Assembly (NCBI GenBank): GCA_965223845.1
Contig: CBDCXR010000004.1
Coordinates: 4,576,001-4,640,000, forward strand
DNA from: Planctomycetota bacterium
Lineage (GTDB): Bacteria; Planctomycetota; UBA8108; SXIK01
DNA length: 64,000 nt
Direction: 5' to 3'
Part shown: positions 1-10,178 of the stretch, piece after piece
Layout: the number at the start of each line of letters is the position of its first letter
Position numbering within the stretch: position 1 is the stretch's first letter
Position numbers and translations under genes: made by a program
Notes under the pieces: generated by a model
Told to the model about the DNA's origin: nothing
Seen by the model: only the letters and a program-made list of their open reading frames with translations
Database searches by the model: none

Positions 1-2385
1 TTCGCTCGATACTGACTCCGATGCGCGCGCGTTGCGAATCCCCCACCGCCTCGCCATCTCGTGCACGAAGGGACTGTTCATCATCGCGAGGGCCTGCGCC
101 GGACCGAGCGAGACATCTCGGCGGGCCACACTCGCTCCTTGATCGGGAAAATCGAAGGTCCCGAGGAACGGGTTCACGAAGTTGCGCCGCACACGAATGT
201 AGACGCTGCGTCGACCGCTACCATCGAGCGGACCCGAACGCGGGATATGAACAGGCTTGTTGGCCGTCACGTTTGGTGAGAGATACGGGGCAACGCTCTC
301 GCCGCCGAGAGAGTGGCTCAGCGAGCCTGCGATCGCGAGCATTCCGTCTCGAAGCACCTCAGCTTCGAGGCGCCGGACCGGCATGTGCTGGAGCAGGCGA
401 TTCTCGGGATCGATCTCGAGCGCCCGCTCGCTCTCCAGTGAGCTCGAGCGGTAGGTTCGCGTGAGTACGAGCGCCCGGACGAGCGACTTTGTCGATCCCC
501 CGCTCGCATGAAAGCGTAGGGCGAGCCAGTCGAGGAGCTCGGGATGGGTCGGGCGATCTCCGAGGTGCCCGAAGTTGTTCGGTGTGCGGACGATTCCCGC
601 GCCGAAGAGATGCTGCCAAACACGGTTGACGTAGACGCGCGCAGTCAGCGGATTAGCAGGGGACGCGAGACGATTCGCCAAGTAGCGCCGGCCGCTCCCT
701 CGGAGATCGGTTTCGCGCGCCCCAATCGCATCGCCCGAATCGGTGCGTAGGGTAGTGTCATCGGACCGCGGCGATTTCGCCCCAACCGATCCGATGGAAC
801 GATCGAACGCGGAAAGGAATCGGCGCGGAACAATTTCGCCTAGGTTCGAGTGGTCACCGCGACGGTGGAAACGAACGTCGCGACCCTCGACGTCCGTTGC
901 CGCCGGGGCCCAGAGCGCGGATCTCGGATCCAAGCTCGCGAGCTCCGCTCGGAGCTCGCCGAGTTGATTCTGCAGGCCGACATCGAAGTTGATTTCCGTA
1001 ACCGGAACTTCGACCTTCGTCTTGTTCGCTTGCCGAGCGCGCACACGCCCACGAGCTTTCTTCTGAAGCGCGTCGATTTCCCTCCCGAGCTTCGCAATGC
1101 GCGCGGCTCGTTCGTCCGGGACTCCGCCTTCGCGATCGACCGTCTCGGCGACGAGCGCGCGATTCCTCTCCTCCGTGCTGTGAAAGAATCCCGCGAGCGC
1201 GTAGTAATCGCGCTGAGAGATCGGATCGAATTTGTGATCGTGACAGCGCGCGCAAGCGACGGTGAGACCGAGAAATGCTTTTCCAAGGACGTCGATCTGC
1301 GCGTCGACTTGATCCGCTCGCTGGCCGACGGGATCGATCGGACGAAAGTGCATCTCGTGAAACCAAAGAAAACCGGTCGCGACTGGCGCGATGTTCGACT
1401 CGCCGCGGAGTCCCGCTCGCGGCGACAGGAGATCGCCGGCGATGTGTTCTCCGACAAAACGAGCGAACGGCAAGTCTTCGTTTAGAGCATCGATCACGTA
1501 GTCGCGGTAACGCCACGCATTCGGACGAACTCGATCCTGCACGTGCCCGGCCGTTTCGGTATAGCGGACGACGTCGAGCCAGTGGCGCGCCCAGCGCTCA
1601 CCGAATCGCGGGCTCGCGAGGAGGCGATCGACGACTCGTTCGTAGGCGCGCGGTGAACTGTCGCGATCGAATGCGGCAATCTCGTCAAGAGTCGGCGGAA
1701 GGCCGACCAGGTCGAACGAGACGCGTCGAAGCCACACCCGACGCGACGCGAGCGTAGCCCGTGCGAGGCCTTCCCCGTCGAGCTTCGCCCGAATGAACGC
1801 GTCGACGCCGGAGGCAACGGAATCGAAGGGCTTCTCGGCCGTGGACGGAATCACCGCCGAGTCCAACGGCCGAAGGGACCAGAGATCGTCGGCGACCGGC
1901 GTGCCATCCTCGGCGGGCGAATCGCGACCGGCGGTCGTCGCGGCCTTCGCTCCTCGATCGGCCGGCCACGGCGCGCCGAGCGCGACCCAGCGTTCGAGAT
2001 CCGCGATCTCGCGATCCGACAACTTCCCGCCCGGGGGCATCGCAAGCTTCGGATCGAGATAGCGAACCGCGCGAAGAAGAAGACTCCGATCGGGTTCTCC
2101 CGGCGCAACGACCAGACCTCGGTCGCCGCCGCGAAGGACGCTCTCGCGAAGGTCTAGACGAAGCCCAGACTTCTGCTTCTCTGCACCGTGGCAACCGTGG
2201 CAGTGTTCCGCGAAGAGAGGACGGATTCTCTTTTCGAAGAATTCGATGCGGCCTTGAGAACCAAGAGTCCGCGGATTAGCCGAAGTGACAGGTGGAGCGT
2301 TCGACCTTTGGGAAGAGTCGATACGTTCTTCTTCGCCTGAAGCTCCCGCTTCGAGCAGTAACAGGGTGACGACCAGCGTGATCAC
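1..2385 (-). CDS. PSD1/PSCyt2 (DUF1553/DUF1549) planctomycete cytochrome c domain protein; 3' end runs off the window
   Basis: Missing from the ORF track because it has no stop in the window. Manual translation from GTG at 2385 (GGAGGG RBS upstream) gives IEFFEKRIRPLFAEHCHGCHG...SGLRLD and MPPGGKL...RWV..GAPWP. Near base 1 it reads RRSVYIRVRRNFVNPFLGTFDFPD...PAQALAMMNSPFV, the DUF1553 C-terminus. Confidence 0.9.
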   Translation of the reverse strand, partial: MITLVVTLLLLEAGASGEEERIDSSQRSNAPPVTSANPRTLGSQGRIEFFEKRIRPLFAEHCHGCHGAEKQKSGLRLDLRESVLRGGDRGLVVAPGEPDRSLLLRAVRYLDPKLAMPPGGKLSDREIADLERWVALGAPWPADRGAKAATTAGRDSPAEDGTPVADDLWSLRPLDSAVIPSTAEKPFDSVASGVDAFIRAKLDGEGLARATLASRRVWLRRVSFDLVGLPPTLDEIAAFDRDSSPRAYERVVDRLLASPRFGERWARHWLDVVRYTETAGHVQDRVRPNAWRYRDYVIDALNEDLPFARFVGEHIAGDLLSPRAGLRGESNIAPVATGFLWFHEMHFRPIDPVGQRADQVDAQIDVLGKAFLGLTVACARCHDHKFDPISQRDYYALAGFFHSTEERNRALVAETVDREGGVPDERAARIAKLGREIDALQKKARGRVRARQANKTKVEVPVTEINFDVGLQNQLGELRAELASLDPRSALWAPAATDVEGRDVRFHRRGDHSNLGEIVPRRFLSAFDRSIGSVGAKSPRSDDTTLRTDSGDAIGARETDLRGSGRRYLANRLASPANPLTARVYVNRVWQHLFGAGIVRTPNNFGHLGDRPTHPELLDWLALRFHASGGSTKSLVRALVLTRTYRSSSLESERALEIDPENRLLQHMPVRRLEAEVLRDGMLAIAGSLSHSLGGESVAPYLSPNVTANKPVHIPRSGPLDGSGRRSVYIRVRRNFVNPFLGTFDFPDQGASVARRDVSLGPAQALAMMNSPFVHEMARRWGIRNARASESVSSE

Positions 2386-2686
2386 GCGACTCCCTCCGTT
2401 CCATCCGCAATTGTCAGTCATCGGACGGCTTCGATCAACGGGGGCGAGACTCGAGCCAGTCAAGCGAACGCGGTTCGGTGATCCCGGTGCAGCGGCCGGG
2501 GGCGGTCCCGGCCGCAAAGCGCTCAACCGTGATCGCCGTAAGCCCGATCGGCAACCGAACAGACTCGGTGGAAGCGGAGCACGGAATCTCTCGACACCAG
2601 ATTGGAGAATCTCCCGAAATGGCTACGATGAGGCTCCTAGAGATTTCGCGATTGACGACTCTCCTCGCACTCAGGAAGTGAAGCGT

Positions 2687-3544
2687 ATGCAAGACACCCC
2701 ACTAGCCGACGGGCGAGCACCTTGGCGCGAGAAGCTGAGGATCATCATCTTCGAGGCCGACACGCGTGCCGGCAAAGCTTTCGACGTCGCGCTTCTGGTG
2801 TCGATCGTGATCAGCGTGAGCGTCGTTATGGCAGAGAGCGTCGAGGAGATACGCGACAGCTACGGCACCGCGCTCGACGTCGCTGAGTGGATTTTCACGA
2901 TTCTCTTCACCGTGGAGTACGTTCTCCGCCTCCTCACAGTTCGACGGCCCGCCCAGTACGCGAGGAGCTTCTTCGGAATCGTCGACGTGCTCGCGATCGT
3001 GCCGACCTACCTGAGCCTGTTCGTTCCGCGCGCGGAGTCGCTGCTCGTGATTCGTGGCCTCCGGCTGCTGCGAGTCTTCCGCGTGTTCAAGCTGGGACGA
3101 TTCCTCGGCGAGGCAAGCTTGCTGACCCGTGCGCTGGTGGCGAGCCGCCACAAGATCATCGTCTTCCTCGGTGCAGTCATGATCCTGGTGACGATCTTGG
3201 GTACGGCGATGTATCTGATCGAGGGTGAGGAGAACGGTTTCACGAGCGCACCGGCCGGCGTGTATTGGGCGATCGTCACCATGACCACCGTCGGCTACGG
3301 AGACATCACGCCACAGACGCTGCTCGGCAAGACGCTCGCCGCGATGGTCATGGTCCTCGGCTACGGCATCATCGCCGTGCCGACCGGCATCGTCACCGCC
3401 GAGATCGTCGAGTCGGCCGTGGGGCTGAAGGTCTCGACGCGCTGCTGCCCAGAGTGCATGAGCGAGGGACATGCGATTGACGCCGAGTACTGTAAGGACT
3501 GCGGCAAGCCACTAGGCGAGAAGACAACGCCCGCCGGATCTTGA
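2687..3544 (+). CDS. Voltage-gated potassium channel-like ion transporter with C-terminal zinc ribbon
   Basis: Six TM segments, S4-like LRLLRVFRVFKLGR, selectivity filter TMTTVGYGD, C-terminal CPEC...CKDCG. Start trimmed to ATG 2687. Confidence 0.92.
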   Translation: MQDTPLADGRAPWREKLRIIIFEADTRAGKAFDVALLVSIVISVSVVMAESVEEIRDSYGTALDVAEWIFTILFTVEYVLRLLTVRRPAQYARSFFGIVDVLAIVPTYLSLFVPRAESLLVIRGLRLLRVFRVFKLGRFLGEASLLTRALVASRHKIIVFLGAVMILVTILGTAMYLIEGEENGFTSAPAGVYWAIVTMTTVGYGDITPQTLLGKTLAAMVMVLGYGIIAVPTGIVTAEIVESAVGLKVSTRCCPECMSEGHAIDAEYCKDCGKPLGEKTTPAGS

Positions 3545-3592
3545 CTGCTCGCCCCAGCTCCGTCGAGACGAAGGTAGGTCGCTTCCCCAACG

Positions 3593-3880
3593 TCAAAAAC
3601 ACTCGCCGGCAAACATCGGTTCCAGCCGGCGAACCGCACGTGAGAACTTTGTCGCCCGCGTGCGGTGCGAGTGAAGGCTCAGTTCTCGAGATCCTTCGAG
3701 CAGCTCGAGGAATTTGGGACGGAGTGGTTCCTGGAGCTGGTTTGCGAACGACTCTTGAAGACCATTCGAGCGAATCAGTTTCTGCACGTCGACAAGGTCC
3801 TGTGCCCGATGCCCCCAGACGCCGCTCGCGATCTTGAATTCCAGCAACTTTTCTAGCGTTACGACGCGAAGGACATCCCT
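3593..3880 (-). pseudogene. 5'-truncated fragment of a nucleotidyltransferase-like protein
   Basis: LRVVTLEKLLEFKIASG...RAQDLVDVQKLI...FANQL...RPKFLELL resembles the C-terminal helical part of planctomycete NTase-fold proteins. No N-terminal GG...TxDxD half is visible upstream. Confidence 0.5.
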
Positions 3881-4288
3881 GACGGCGCCCCACCTACTCC
3901 ACGCGAACGTCAAACGACGCTCTCGTCGTCCGGGACGGCTCTACCGTCACCTCTCCGAGGTCGCGGCGCTGTTCCGCTCCCACCGGCTCGCTCGGCGCGA
4001 ACCCTGAAGTCGGACCGAGAGTTCGCCAGACGCCGCCGCGTCGGTCGAGCGACATAGGCCAAAAGAGGGTCTCGGGCCACGGCGAAATCGCTCCCGTTCG
4101 GACGAGGAGTGTGCATCCCGGTGAACCGTTCGCCGGGCCCCGTCCTGTGTGTTCACTGAGATGAGGTCGACGAACGGCGGTCCCGGAAGCGAAATCGGCA
4201 ATGGCTCGGCTCTCTCGTCGCGCTCGGTGCGCGAGTCTGGAGCGGGGGTGTGTGTCGTCACAGCGTGGATCGGAGTTGACGCCGTGCG

Positions 4289-6097
4289 TCATTCGTAAGT
4301 GTGCGCGATAAGCATATCCGCAACGCGTACCGCACCCTGGGTGACGCCCGGTATTGAGGCGACAACGTGAAGCCTCAATGCCTCGTCTGAAATGCGCTCG
4401 GGAAGCTCGAAATACTTCTCGAGCGACACCACGCGACTCCACGATCGCCGCGGAGCGATCGTCACGGTGGTCGCGTCGATCCCCGGAGCCGTGTTCCAGA
4501 CGATGTTCGGCCGAGGGACGAAGAATGAATGATCGCAATCGTTGAGTTCGTCGCGCCGCGATACATAGAATCGAAATCGATCGGTCGGTCGACTGAGGTC
4601 GAAGGAAATGGTTTCGTTGCTGTCGTTAGTCAGGGTGATGCGGACGCGCTTGGAAACGATGGCTCGATCGCTGGATGGCGATGGGGCCGGCGAGTCGGAG
4701 TCCACATTCACGCTGAGACGTCCGCCGAACTCCCAGGGAACGAGACGCAAGCGCGCAGCCTCCCGATGACGCGGGGCGTAGCCTGGGTCGGATGCGATCC
4801 GAGCGAGCTCCCGACGCAGTAAGTCGTACGAATCACCGTCCTTCTCCTCGTACTCCCATCGCTGAGCGAGCGACTCGATCGCGTGGTCGATCACCGATCC
4901 GTTCGAATGCGAGGTAAAGCGGGCGAAAAGCTCGAAATCGAACGGCGCGGCGTCGGATCGTGCGGAGTGAAGAAATGCCGTAATACGCAGCAGGTCGTTT
5001 CCTAACGCGAGTTCTTGCGCCCGGCGCCTCCAGGAATTCAGAGCAAGAACACGGATTACGCTGTAGGCGTTTGTGAGTGCCGCCGCACCAGCTCGGTCGG
5101 AATCGATAAATCTCTCGATGATGCGGATCGAACGACGCCGACCTCCGCGTACGCGCTTGGCCTCGTGCTCCAATCTCCCGACGGCGTGAGACTGTGCTGA
5201 TTCGATGAGATCGGAGGGCCCTGGTCCGGGATTCAAGAGGAACCGCCGGAGCCCCTCGAAATCGGCTCCGTGGACCGCCAGGTCGTCAAAGCGCGCCCTA
5301 ACGATGGAGTCGTGGTGGACGCTCCCCCAACCGACGTTCGAAACCAATTTCGCTCCGTTGCCGTTTTCGGAGTCCTCGTCTTTGGACCAGATGTGACCGT
5401 ACACGCGATACCGGACGCGGCATCGCTTACCGGACTCGGGTGCCCACCCGAGGAGACGTAGGAACGTCCCAGGTTCCAAGCTTGTCGCACCATAGCTGTT
5501 TCCGCAGCTACTCGAGTAGTGCGGTTGAGCGCGTATCCACCCGGACTCAGTCAGCTCTCCTTCGAGCTTGACGCGGTGATGGCCATCCTGATGAGGGATC
5601 GCTACCGCGACGGCGGTGCGGTTCACAAGATAGAGAGCGATCCGCTCGCTCAGCACACTCTTGTAGTCGGCCCAAAGGGTGAGCTCGCCGGCCGGAGCGC
5701 GAACGAAATCCGGGAGTTCGATCTCGTGGCGAGGCGGATCGTAGTATCCGAGCCAGTCGTCGAGTTTGACTCGGGCGGGAAAATCGATGAGATCGACGTC
5801 AACAGGGCCCGGCAGCGGGGTCGCCACGCCCCTCCCTAGCTCGTAGTCGCTCTGCGCATGATCGAGGTCCGCGCCGCGACCAGTCACGATCACGGATACG
5901 TAACGGGAATCGAGCTCACGAAGCCGATCGAATGCCGCCCGACGAACGGCGGCGTCGTGGCTCCTGAGTCGGTGGAGGTACCAGCGCTCGCGGATGGGTG
6001 AATAGCCGTACCTGACCAAGACCACAACTGCCATCACCGCCACGCCGGCCAACGAGAGAAGAAGAAGCCGTCGACCTCTCGGGGAACGCATCGCCAT
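4289..6097 (-). CDS. Membrane-anchored hypothetical protein with HEAT-like helices
   Basis: 602 aa ORF; N-terminal TM followed by ERWYLHRLRSHDAAVRRAA (HEAT-like); internal SCGNSY motif. Confidence 0.7.
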   Translation of the reverse strand: MAMRSPRGRRLLLLSLAGVAVMAVVVLVRYGYSPIRERWYLHRLRSHDAAVRRAAFDRLRELDSRYVSVIVTGRGADLDHAQSDYELGRGVATPLPGPVDVDLIDFPARVKLDDWLGYYDPPRHEIELPDFVRAPAGELTLWADYKSVLSERIALYLVNRTAVAVAIPHQDGHHRVKLEGELTESGWIRAQPHYSSSCGNSYGATSLEPGTFLRLLGWAPESGKRCRVRYRVYGHIWSKDEDSENGNGAKLVSNVGWGSVHHDSIVRARFDDLAVHGADFEGLRRFLLNPGPGPSDLIESAQSHAVGRLEHEAKRVRGGRRRSIRIIERFIDSDRAGAAALTNAYSVIRVLALNSWRRRAQELALGNDLLRITAFLHSARSDAAPFDFELFARFTSHSNGSVIDHAIESLAQRWEYEEKDGDSYDLLRRELARIASDPGYAPRHREAARLRLVPWEFGGRLSVNVDSDSPAPSPSSDRAIVSKRVRITLTNDSNETISFDLSRPTDRFRFYVSRRDELNDCDHSFFVPRPNIVWNTAPGIDATTVTIAPRRSWSRVVSLEKYFELPERISDEALRLHVVASIPGVTQGAVRVADMLIAHTYE

Positions 6098-6192
6098 ACT
6101 CCGAACCTCATTGGGCTCGAATCTGCTTTCTCGATTCCCTCGCTATTCTTAGCCCTCGAAGGAGCCGGAGCAACGGAATCGCCCGAACGGTC

Positions 6193-7569
6193 CTACTTCG
6201 AAAGCACCCACGACACCAGCTTCCGCACGCTCGGAGTCTGCCCCTGCGAGAGGATTCCGATGCGGAAGATCTTCGCGCTCGCGGCGACACAGAGAAGCGC
6301 GCATGCCGTCGTCAGGACCACTGAGAGCGCGATCTCCCACCAGGGCGGGCCGGGCGGGATCGCGATGCGGAGCAGCATCAACTTCGGAGTCGCGAAGGGG
6401 ATGAGCGAAATCGTCCGCGAGAACGTGCTCATCGGGGCCTGAAGTACCGCGAACCAACAGAATAGCGGAATGCACACGATCAGCATCGCGGGCGTCATCA
6501 ACGTCTGCGCGTCGCGGATCTCCGAGCAGGCGGCACCGATCGCGATAAAGACGGATCCGAACATGAGGAGCGCGAGTAGCTGGTAGAGGAGGAACCAGAA
6601 GTAGATCGAGACGGGAACGAGGTCGAGGAGTTCGAAGTGATAGAGGAGGTAGACGATCGCCCCGAGGTAGAGCACAGTCAGTGTGGACGCGACGAAAACG
6701 GTCGCGAGGAGTTTCCCGAGCATCAACTGAAAGGGAGTGACCGAGGAGACAAGCACCTCCGAGATCTTCTGCATCTTCTCCTCGAGCACGGAATTGAGGA
6801 GCGCGGGCGCACTCATCATGATCAGCATGAAGAGAAGAAACATCGCGCCGGCGGGGACGCCGAAAGTGACGAGCTCGTTCTCGCTCTCGGCCTCCTTGAC
6901 CTCGCCGTCGTCCTCGACCTCGACGAGCCCGAGCCGCTCGACGCGCACGCGCTGATTGAGCCTGTCGACGAGCTCTCGGTCGACGCCCGCCGCGGCGAAC
7001 CGGCGGCGCTTGATCTCGTCGTTGAGAACTCGGTCGAGCCAACGGGGCAGATCGCGAAAGGTCGGAGTCTGCGTGTAGTACGAAATCTGATCGTCGTCGC
7101 CGCCCTCTAAAACGTTCGCGCCGATGATCACGAAGCCGAAGAGATCCTCTTCCCGCACCCGTTCGGAGAGTGCGAGATCAACGCGTTCCTCGCCACTCGC
7201 ATCCGTGGCGAGCTCCGGCAGGAATCGCGGCTGGACCTGCTCGTTCGACTCGTCTTCCGCGTAGATCTCGTTCGCGTTCCGTTCTTCCGCGGCCGCGGCA
7301 ACGACGTCGAAGAGGCTGCCGGTTCGATCGACGACGGCGAACTTTCGGTCGCGGATGTCAACCTCGTCCTTGAGGAGGGCCTGAACGACGAGAGCGCCGC
7401 CCATCATGACCGGCATCAAGATCACACCCACGATGAACGCCTTCGACTGGACCGCGTTCAGATATTCGTAGCGAGCGACGCTGAAAACTTTAGTTCCAGC
7501 TCGGCGGCCCTTCAGCGGCGCGACCGGCCTTACGCGAGCGGATTCCGGGACGTTGATCTTCTTCGACAT
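6193..7569 (-). CDS. ABC-2 type exporter permease (NatB-like)
   Basis: N-terminal TM, large extracytoplasmic loop, EEKMQKISEVLVSSVTPFQLMLGK signature, five C-terminal TMs. Confidence 0.9.
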   Translation of the reverse strand: MSKKINVPESARVRPVAPLKGRRAGTKVFSVARYEYLNAVQSKAFIVGVILMPVMMGGALVVQALLKDEVDIRDRKFAVVDRTGSLFDVVAAAAEERNANEIYAEDESNEQVQPRFLPELATDASGEERVDLALSERVREEDLFGFVIIGANVLEGGDDDQISYYTQTPTFRDLPRWLDRVLNDEIKRRRFAAAGVDRELVDRLNQRVRVERLGLVEVEDDGEVKEAESENELVTFGVPAGAMFLLFMLIMMSAPALLNSVLEEKMQKISEVLVSSVTPFQLMLGKLLATVFVASTLTVLYLGAIVYLLYHFELLDLVPVSIYFWFLLYQLLALLMFGSVFIAIGAACSEIRDAQTLMTPAMLIVCIPLFCWFAVLQAPMSTFSRTISLIPFATPKLMLLRIAIPPGPPWWEIALSVVLTTACALLCVAASAKIFRIGILSQGQTPSVRKLVSWVLSK

Positions 7570-7747
7570 GTGTGAAATACCCCCAGATCGCCAGAAAACC
7601 GCCGGCCGTCCCTTCGGGAGACGCGAGGATCGCCGATGCCATCGTCCCGTTCAGTCGACGGCGGCCCCCAGCACCGCCTCCTTCACCGAACTTGTCCTCG
7701 CCGATCCTCGCGCCCTCGCGGTCGCTGAATTACCGCCAAGCTCGAAC

Positions 7748-8659
7748 CTACGCATGCCCGTTCTCCGCCGCTGCCTCGGGTCCGGCGATGCGGACGAAAA
7801 TGTCGTGAAGCGACGGCTGCGCGAGCTCGAAGAGGCGCACCTCCGTCTTCTCGTTGAGAACGCGAAGAAGATCGCGCGGCGAGCCCGAAACTCGAAGCTC
7901 TTGATAGCGCCCCAGGTCTCGCATGCTCTCGACGCCAGGCAGATCCGACAAGGCTCTGGTGTCCTCGACGCGGAGTCGAACGGTGTCGTCCCCATACCTC
8001 GATTGAATCTCGTCGAGGCTGCCGTCGAGGACCTTCTTTCCCCGAAAGATCATGAAGATCGAATCGCACATCTTCTCGGCGACCGACATATCGTGCGTCG
8101 AGAAGATCACGGTCGTCCCTTGGTCGCGAAGGCTCAAGATCGCCGCGCGGAGGACGTCGGCGTTCACCGGATCGAGGCCCGAGAACGGCTCGTCGAGGAT
8201 CACGATGTCCGGGCGGGAGATCACGCACGAGATGAATTGAACCTTTTGCGACATTCCCTTCGAGAGCGCCTCGATCTTTTTGTTCTTCCAGTCGCTCAAA
8301 TCGAAACGCTCGAGCCAATCATCGATCGCGGATCTCGCGTCACGCGAGCTCATCCCCTTGATCGACGCGTAATAGGAGAGGAGGCGCTTGACCGACATCT
8401 TCTTATAGAGCCCGCGCTCCTCCGGCAGGTAGCCGATGCGGTCGTTGGCGGCGCGGGACTCGCTCTCTCCGAGGACTTCGATCGACCCGCTGTCGGGATG
8501 AATGATGTGAACGATCATTCGGATCGTCGTCGTCTTTCCCGATCCGTTGGGTCCGATGAAGCCGTAGACGCTTCCTCGGGGAACAGTGAGGGACAGATCA
8601 TCGACGGCCCGATGCGTGCCGAAGGTTTTCGTCACTCGGTCGAGAGTGATCGCGTTCAA
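7748..8659 (-). CDS. ABC transporter ATP-binding protein (NatA-like)
   Basis: Walker A GPNGSGKTT, signature LSKGM, Walker B ILDEPFSGLD, H-loop STH. Confidence 0.95.
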   Translation of the reverse strand: MNAITLDRVTKTFGTHRAVDDLSLTVPRGSVYGFIGPNGSGKTTTIRMIVHIIHPDSGSIEVLGESESRAANDRIGYLPEERGLYKKMSVKRLLSYYASIKGMSSRDARSAIDDWLERFDLSDWKNKKIEALSKGMSQKVQFISCVISRPDIVILDEPFSGLDPVNADVLRAAILSLRDQGTTVIFSTHDMSVAEKMCDSIFMIFRGKKVLDGSLDEIQSRYGDDTVRLRVEDTRALSDLPGVESMRDLGRYQELRVSGSPRDLLRVLNEKTEVRLFELAQPSLHDIFVRIAGPEAAAENGHA

Positions 8660-8762
8660 AGTCGCCCTCCAAACTTGGCCCCGAACTCGCGCACGGTGAG
8701 CCCCGGCGACTCACGTCGTGAGCGCGCACGAACGCTGCAGTCGTAGCGGTAGCCCGAGAGCG

Positions 8763-10178
8763 CTACGTCCCGACGATCTCCGGAATCACGTGCCCGTGCA
8801 CGTCGGTCAGTCGCATGTCGCGTCCGCTGAATCGGTAGACGAGACGTTCGTGGTCGATGCCGAGGAGATGGAGCATGTTCGCGTGGATGTCGTGGAACGT
8901 CAGTTTGTTCTCGATCACGCGATAGCCGTACTCGTCCGTGCTCCCGTAAATCGTCCCCCCCTCGACGCCACCCCCGGCCATCCAGAGGCTGAACCCCTGC
9001 GGATTGTGATCGCGTCCGTTCTTCCCCTGTGCGAACGGCGTGCGCCCGAACTCGCCGCTGAAGACGAGCAGCGTGGAATCGAAGAGACCCCGCTGCTTGA
9101 GGTCGCGGATGAGTGCGCCGATCGGTTGATCGACCGAGAGCGCGTTCTTTTGGTGCCCGTCCTTGAGATTTCCGTGCTGATCCCACCGATCGCCGTTGCC
9201 GCCGCTCGTCGTGAGCTCGATGAAGCGCACTCCACGCTCGACCATTCGCCGGGCGAGAAGACACTGCGCGGCGAACTTGCGGGTGTTCCCCCACTTCGCT
9301 TCGAACCCGTACATGCGCTTCGTCGCTTCCGACTCGCCCGAGAGATCCATCGCCTCGGGAACTTCGAGCTGCATACGAAATGCGAGCTCGTGGTTGCGGA
9401 TCGCCGACTCGATCTGCGGTGCGTGCCCCACCCTACCGAGGAGATGACCGTCGATCTCCGCCAGTCGCGCGAGCTTTCGCGCCTGCGCACTCGCCGATTC
9501 GCGCGGCGTGATGTTCCGCATCGGAGCTCCCGGACGAAGCACGGATCCTTGGTGATTCGCCGGAAGAAATCCGCTCCCGAAGTTCGCGACTCCGCCGTTC
9601 GGCGTGATTCCTCCGTGCAGAACGACGAAGCTCGGAAGATTCTCGTTGAGACTTCCTAAACCGTAGGAGACCCACGCTCCCATGCTCGGCTGCCCCATGC
9701 GCGCGAGGCCGGTGTGAAGCCCGTAGACCGCGTTCGGATGATTCGGCGAGAAGGCCGTCATCGACCGGATCACGCACAAATCGTCCGCGTGCGCCGCGAC
9801 GTGCGGGAAAAGATCGCTGATCGGAATTCCACTCTCGCCGTACCGGCGAAACTCCCACGGGCTCGCGAAGATCGTGCCGAGGTTGTTGAAGACCGTCGCG
9901 TCGATGGAGAACTTCGGCTTCTGGCCGTTCTCGCGGTCGAGTCGCGGCTTCGGATCGAAGCTGTCGACCTGTGATACGCCACCGTCCATGAAGAGGAAGA
10001 TCACGCTCTTCGCTTTCGCGCGGTGGTGCGTTTTCGCGACCGTCGAGATCCCGCGTGAAGCGGCCTCCGCGACCGCGTTCTGATGGAGGATCGATGCGAG
10101 CGCTACCGAGCCAAAGCCGACCGACGCTTCCCGCAGGAGACGACGCCGCGTCATGCGAGTAGAGGCGTCAGTAAACAT
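8763..10178 (-). CDS. DUF1501 domain protein (Tat-like signal)
   Basis: TRRRLL leader; KAKSVIFLFMDGGVSQVDSFDPKP, WDQH and GEFGRTP...GRDH motifs. Confidence 0.93.
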   Translation of the reverse strand: MFTDASTRMTRRRLLREASVGFGSVALASILHQNAVAEAASRGISTVAKTHHRAKAKSVIFLFMDGGVSQVDSFDPKPRLDRENGQKPKFSIDATVFNNLGTIFASPWEFRRYGESGIPISDLFPHVAAHADDLCVIRSMTAFSPNHPNAVYGLHTGLARMGQPSMGAWVSYGLGSLNENLPSFVVLHGGITPNGGVANFGSGFLPANHQGSVLRPGAPMRNITPRESASAQARKLARLAEIDGHLLGRVGHAPQIESAIRNHELAFRMQLEVPEAMDLSGESEATKRMYGFEAKWGNTRKFAAQCLLARRMVERGVRFIELTTSGGNGDRWDQHGNLKDGHQKNALSVDQPIGALIRDLKQRGLFDSTLLVFSGEFGRTPFAQGKNGRDHNPQGFSLWMAGGGVEGGTIYGSTDEYGYRVIENKLTFHDIHANMLHLLGIDHERLVYRFSGRDMRLTDVHGHVIPEIVGT

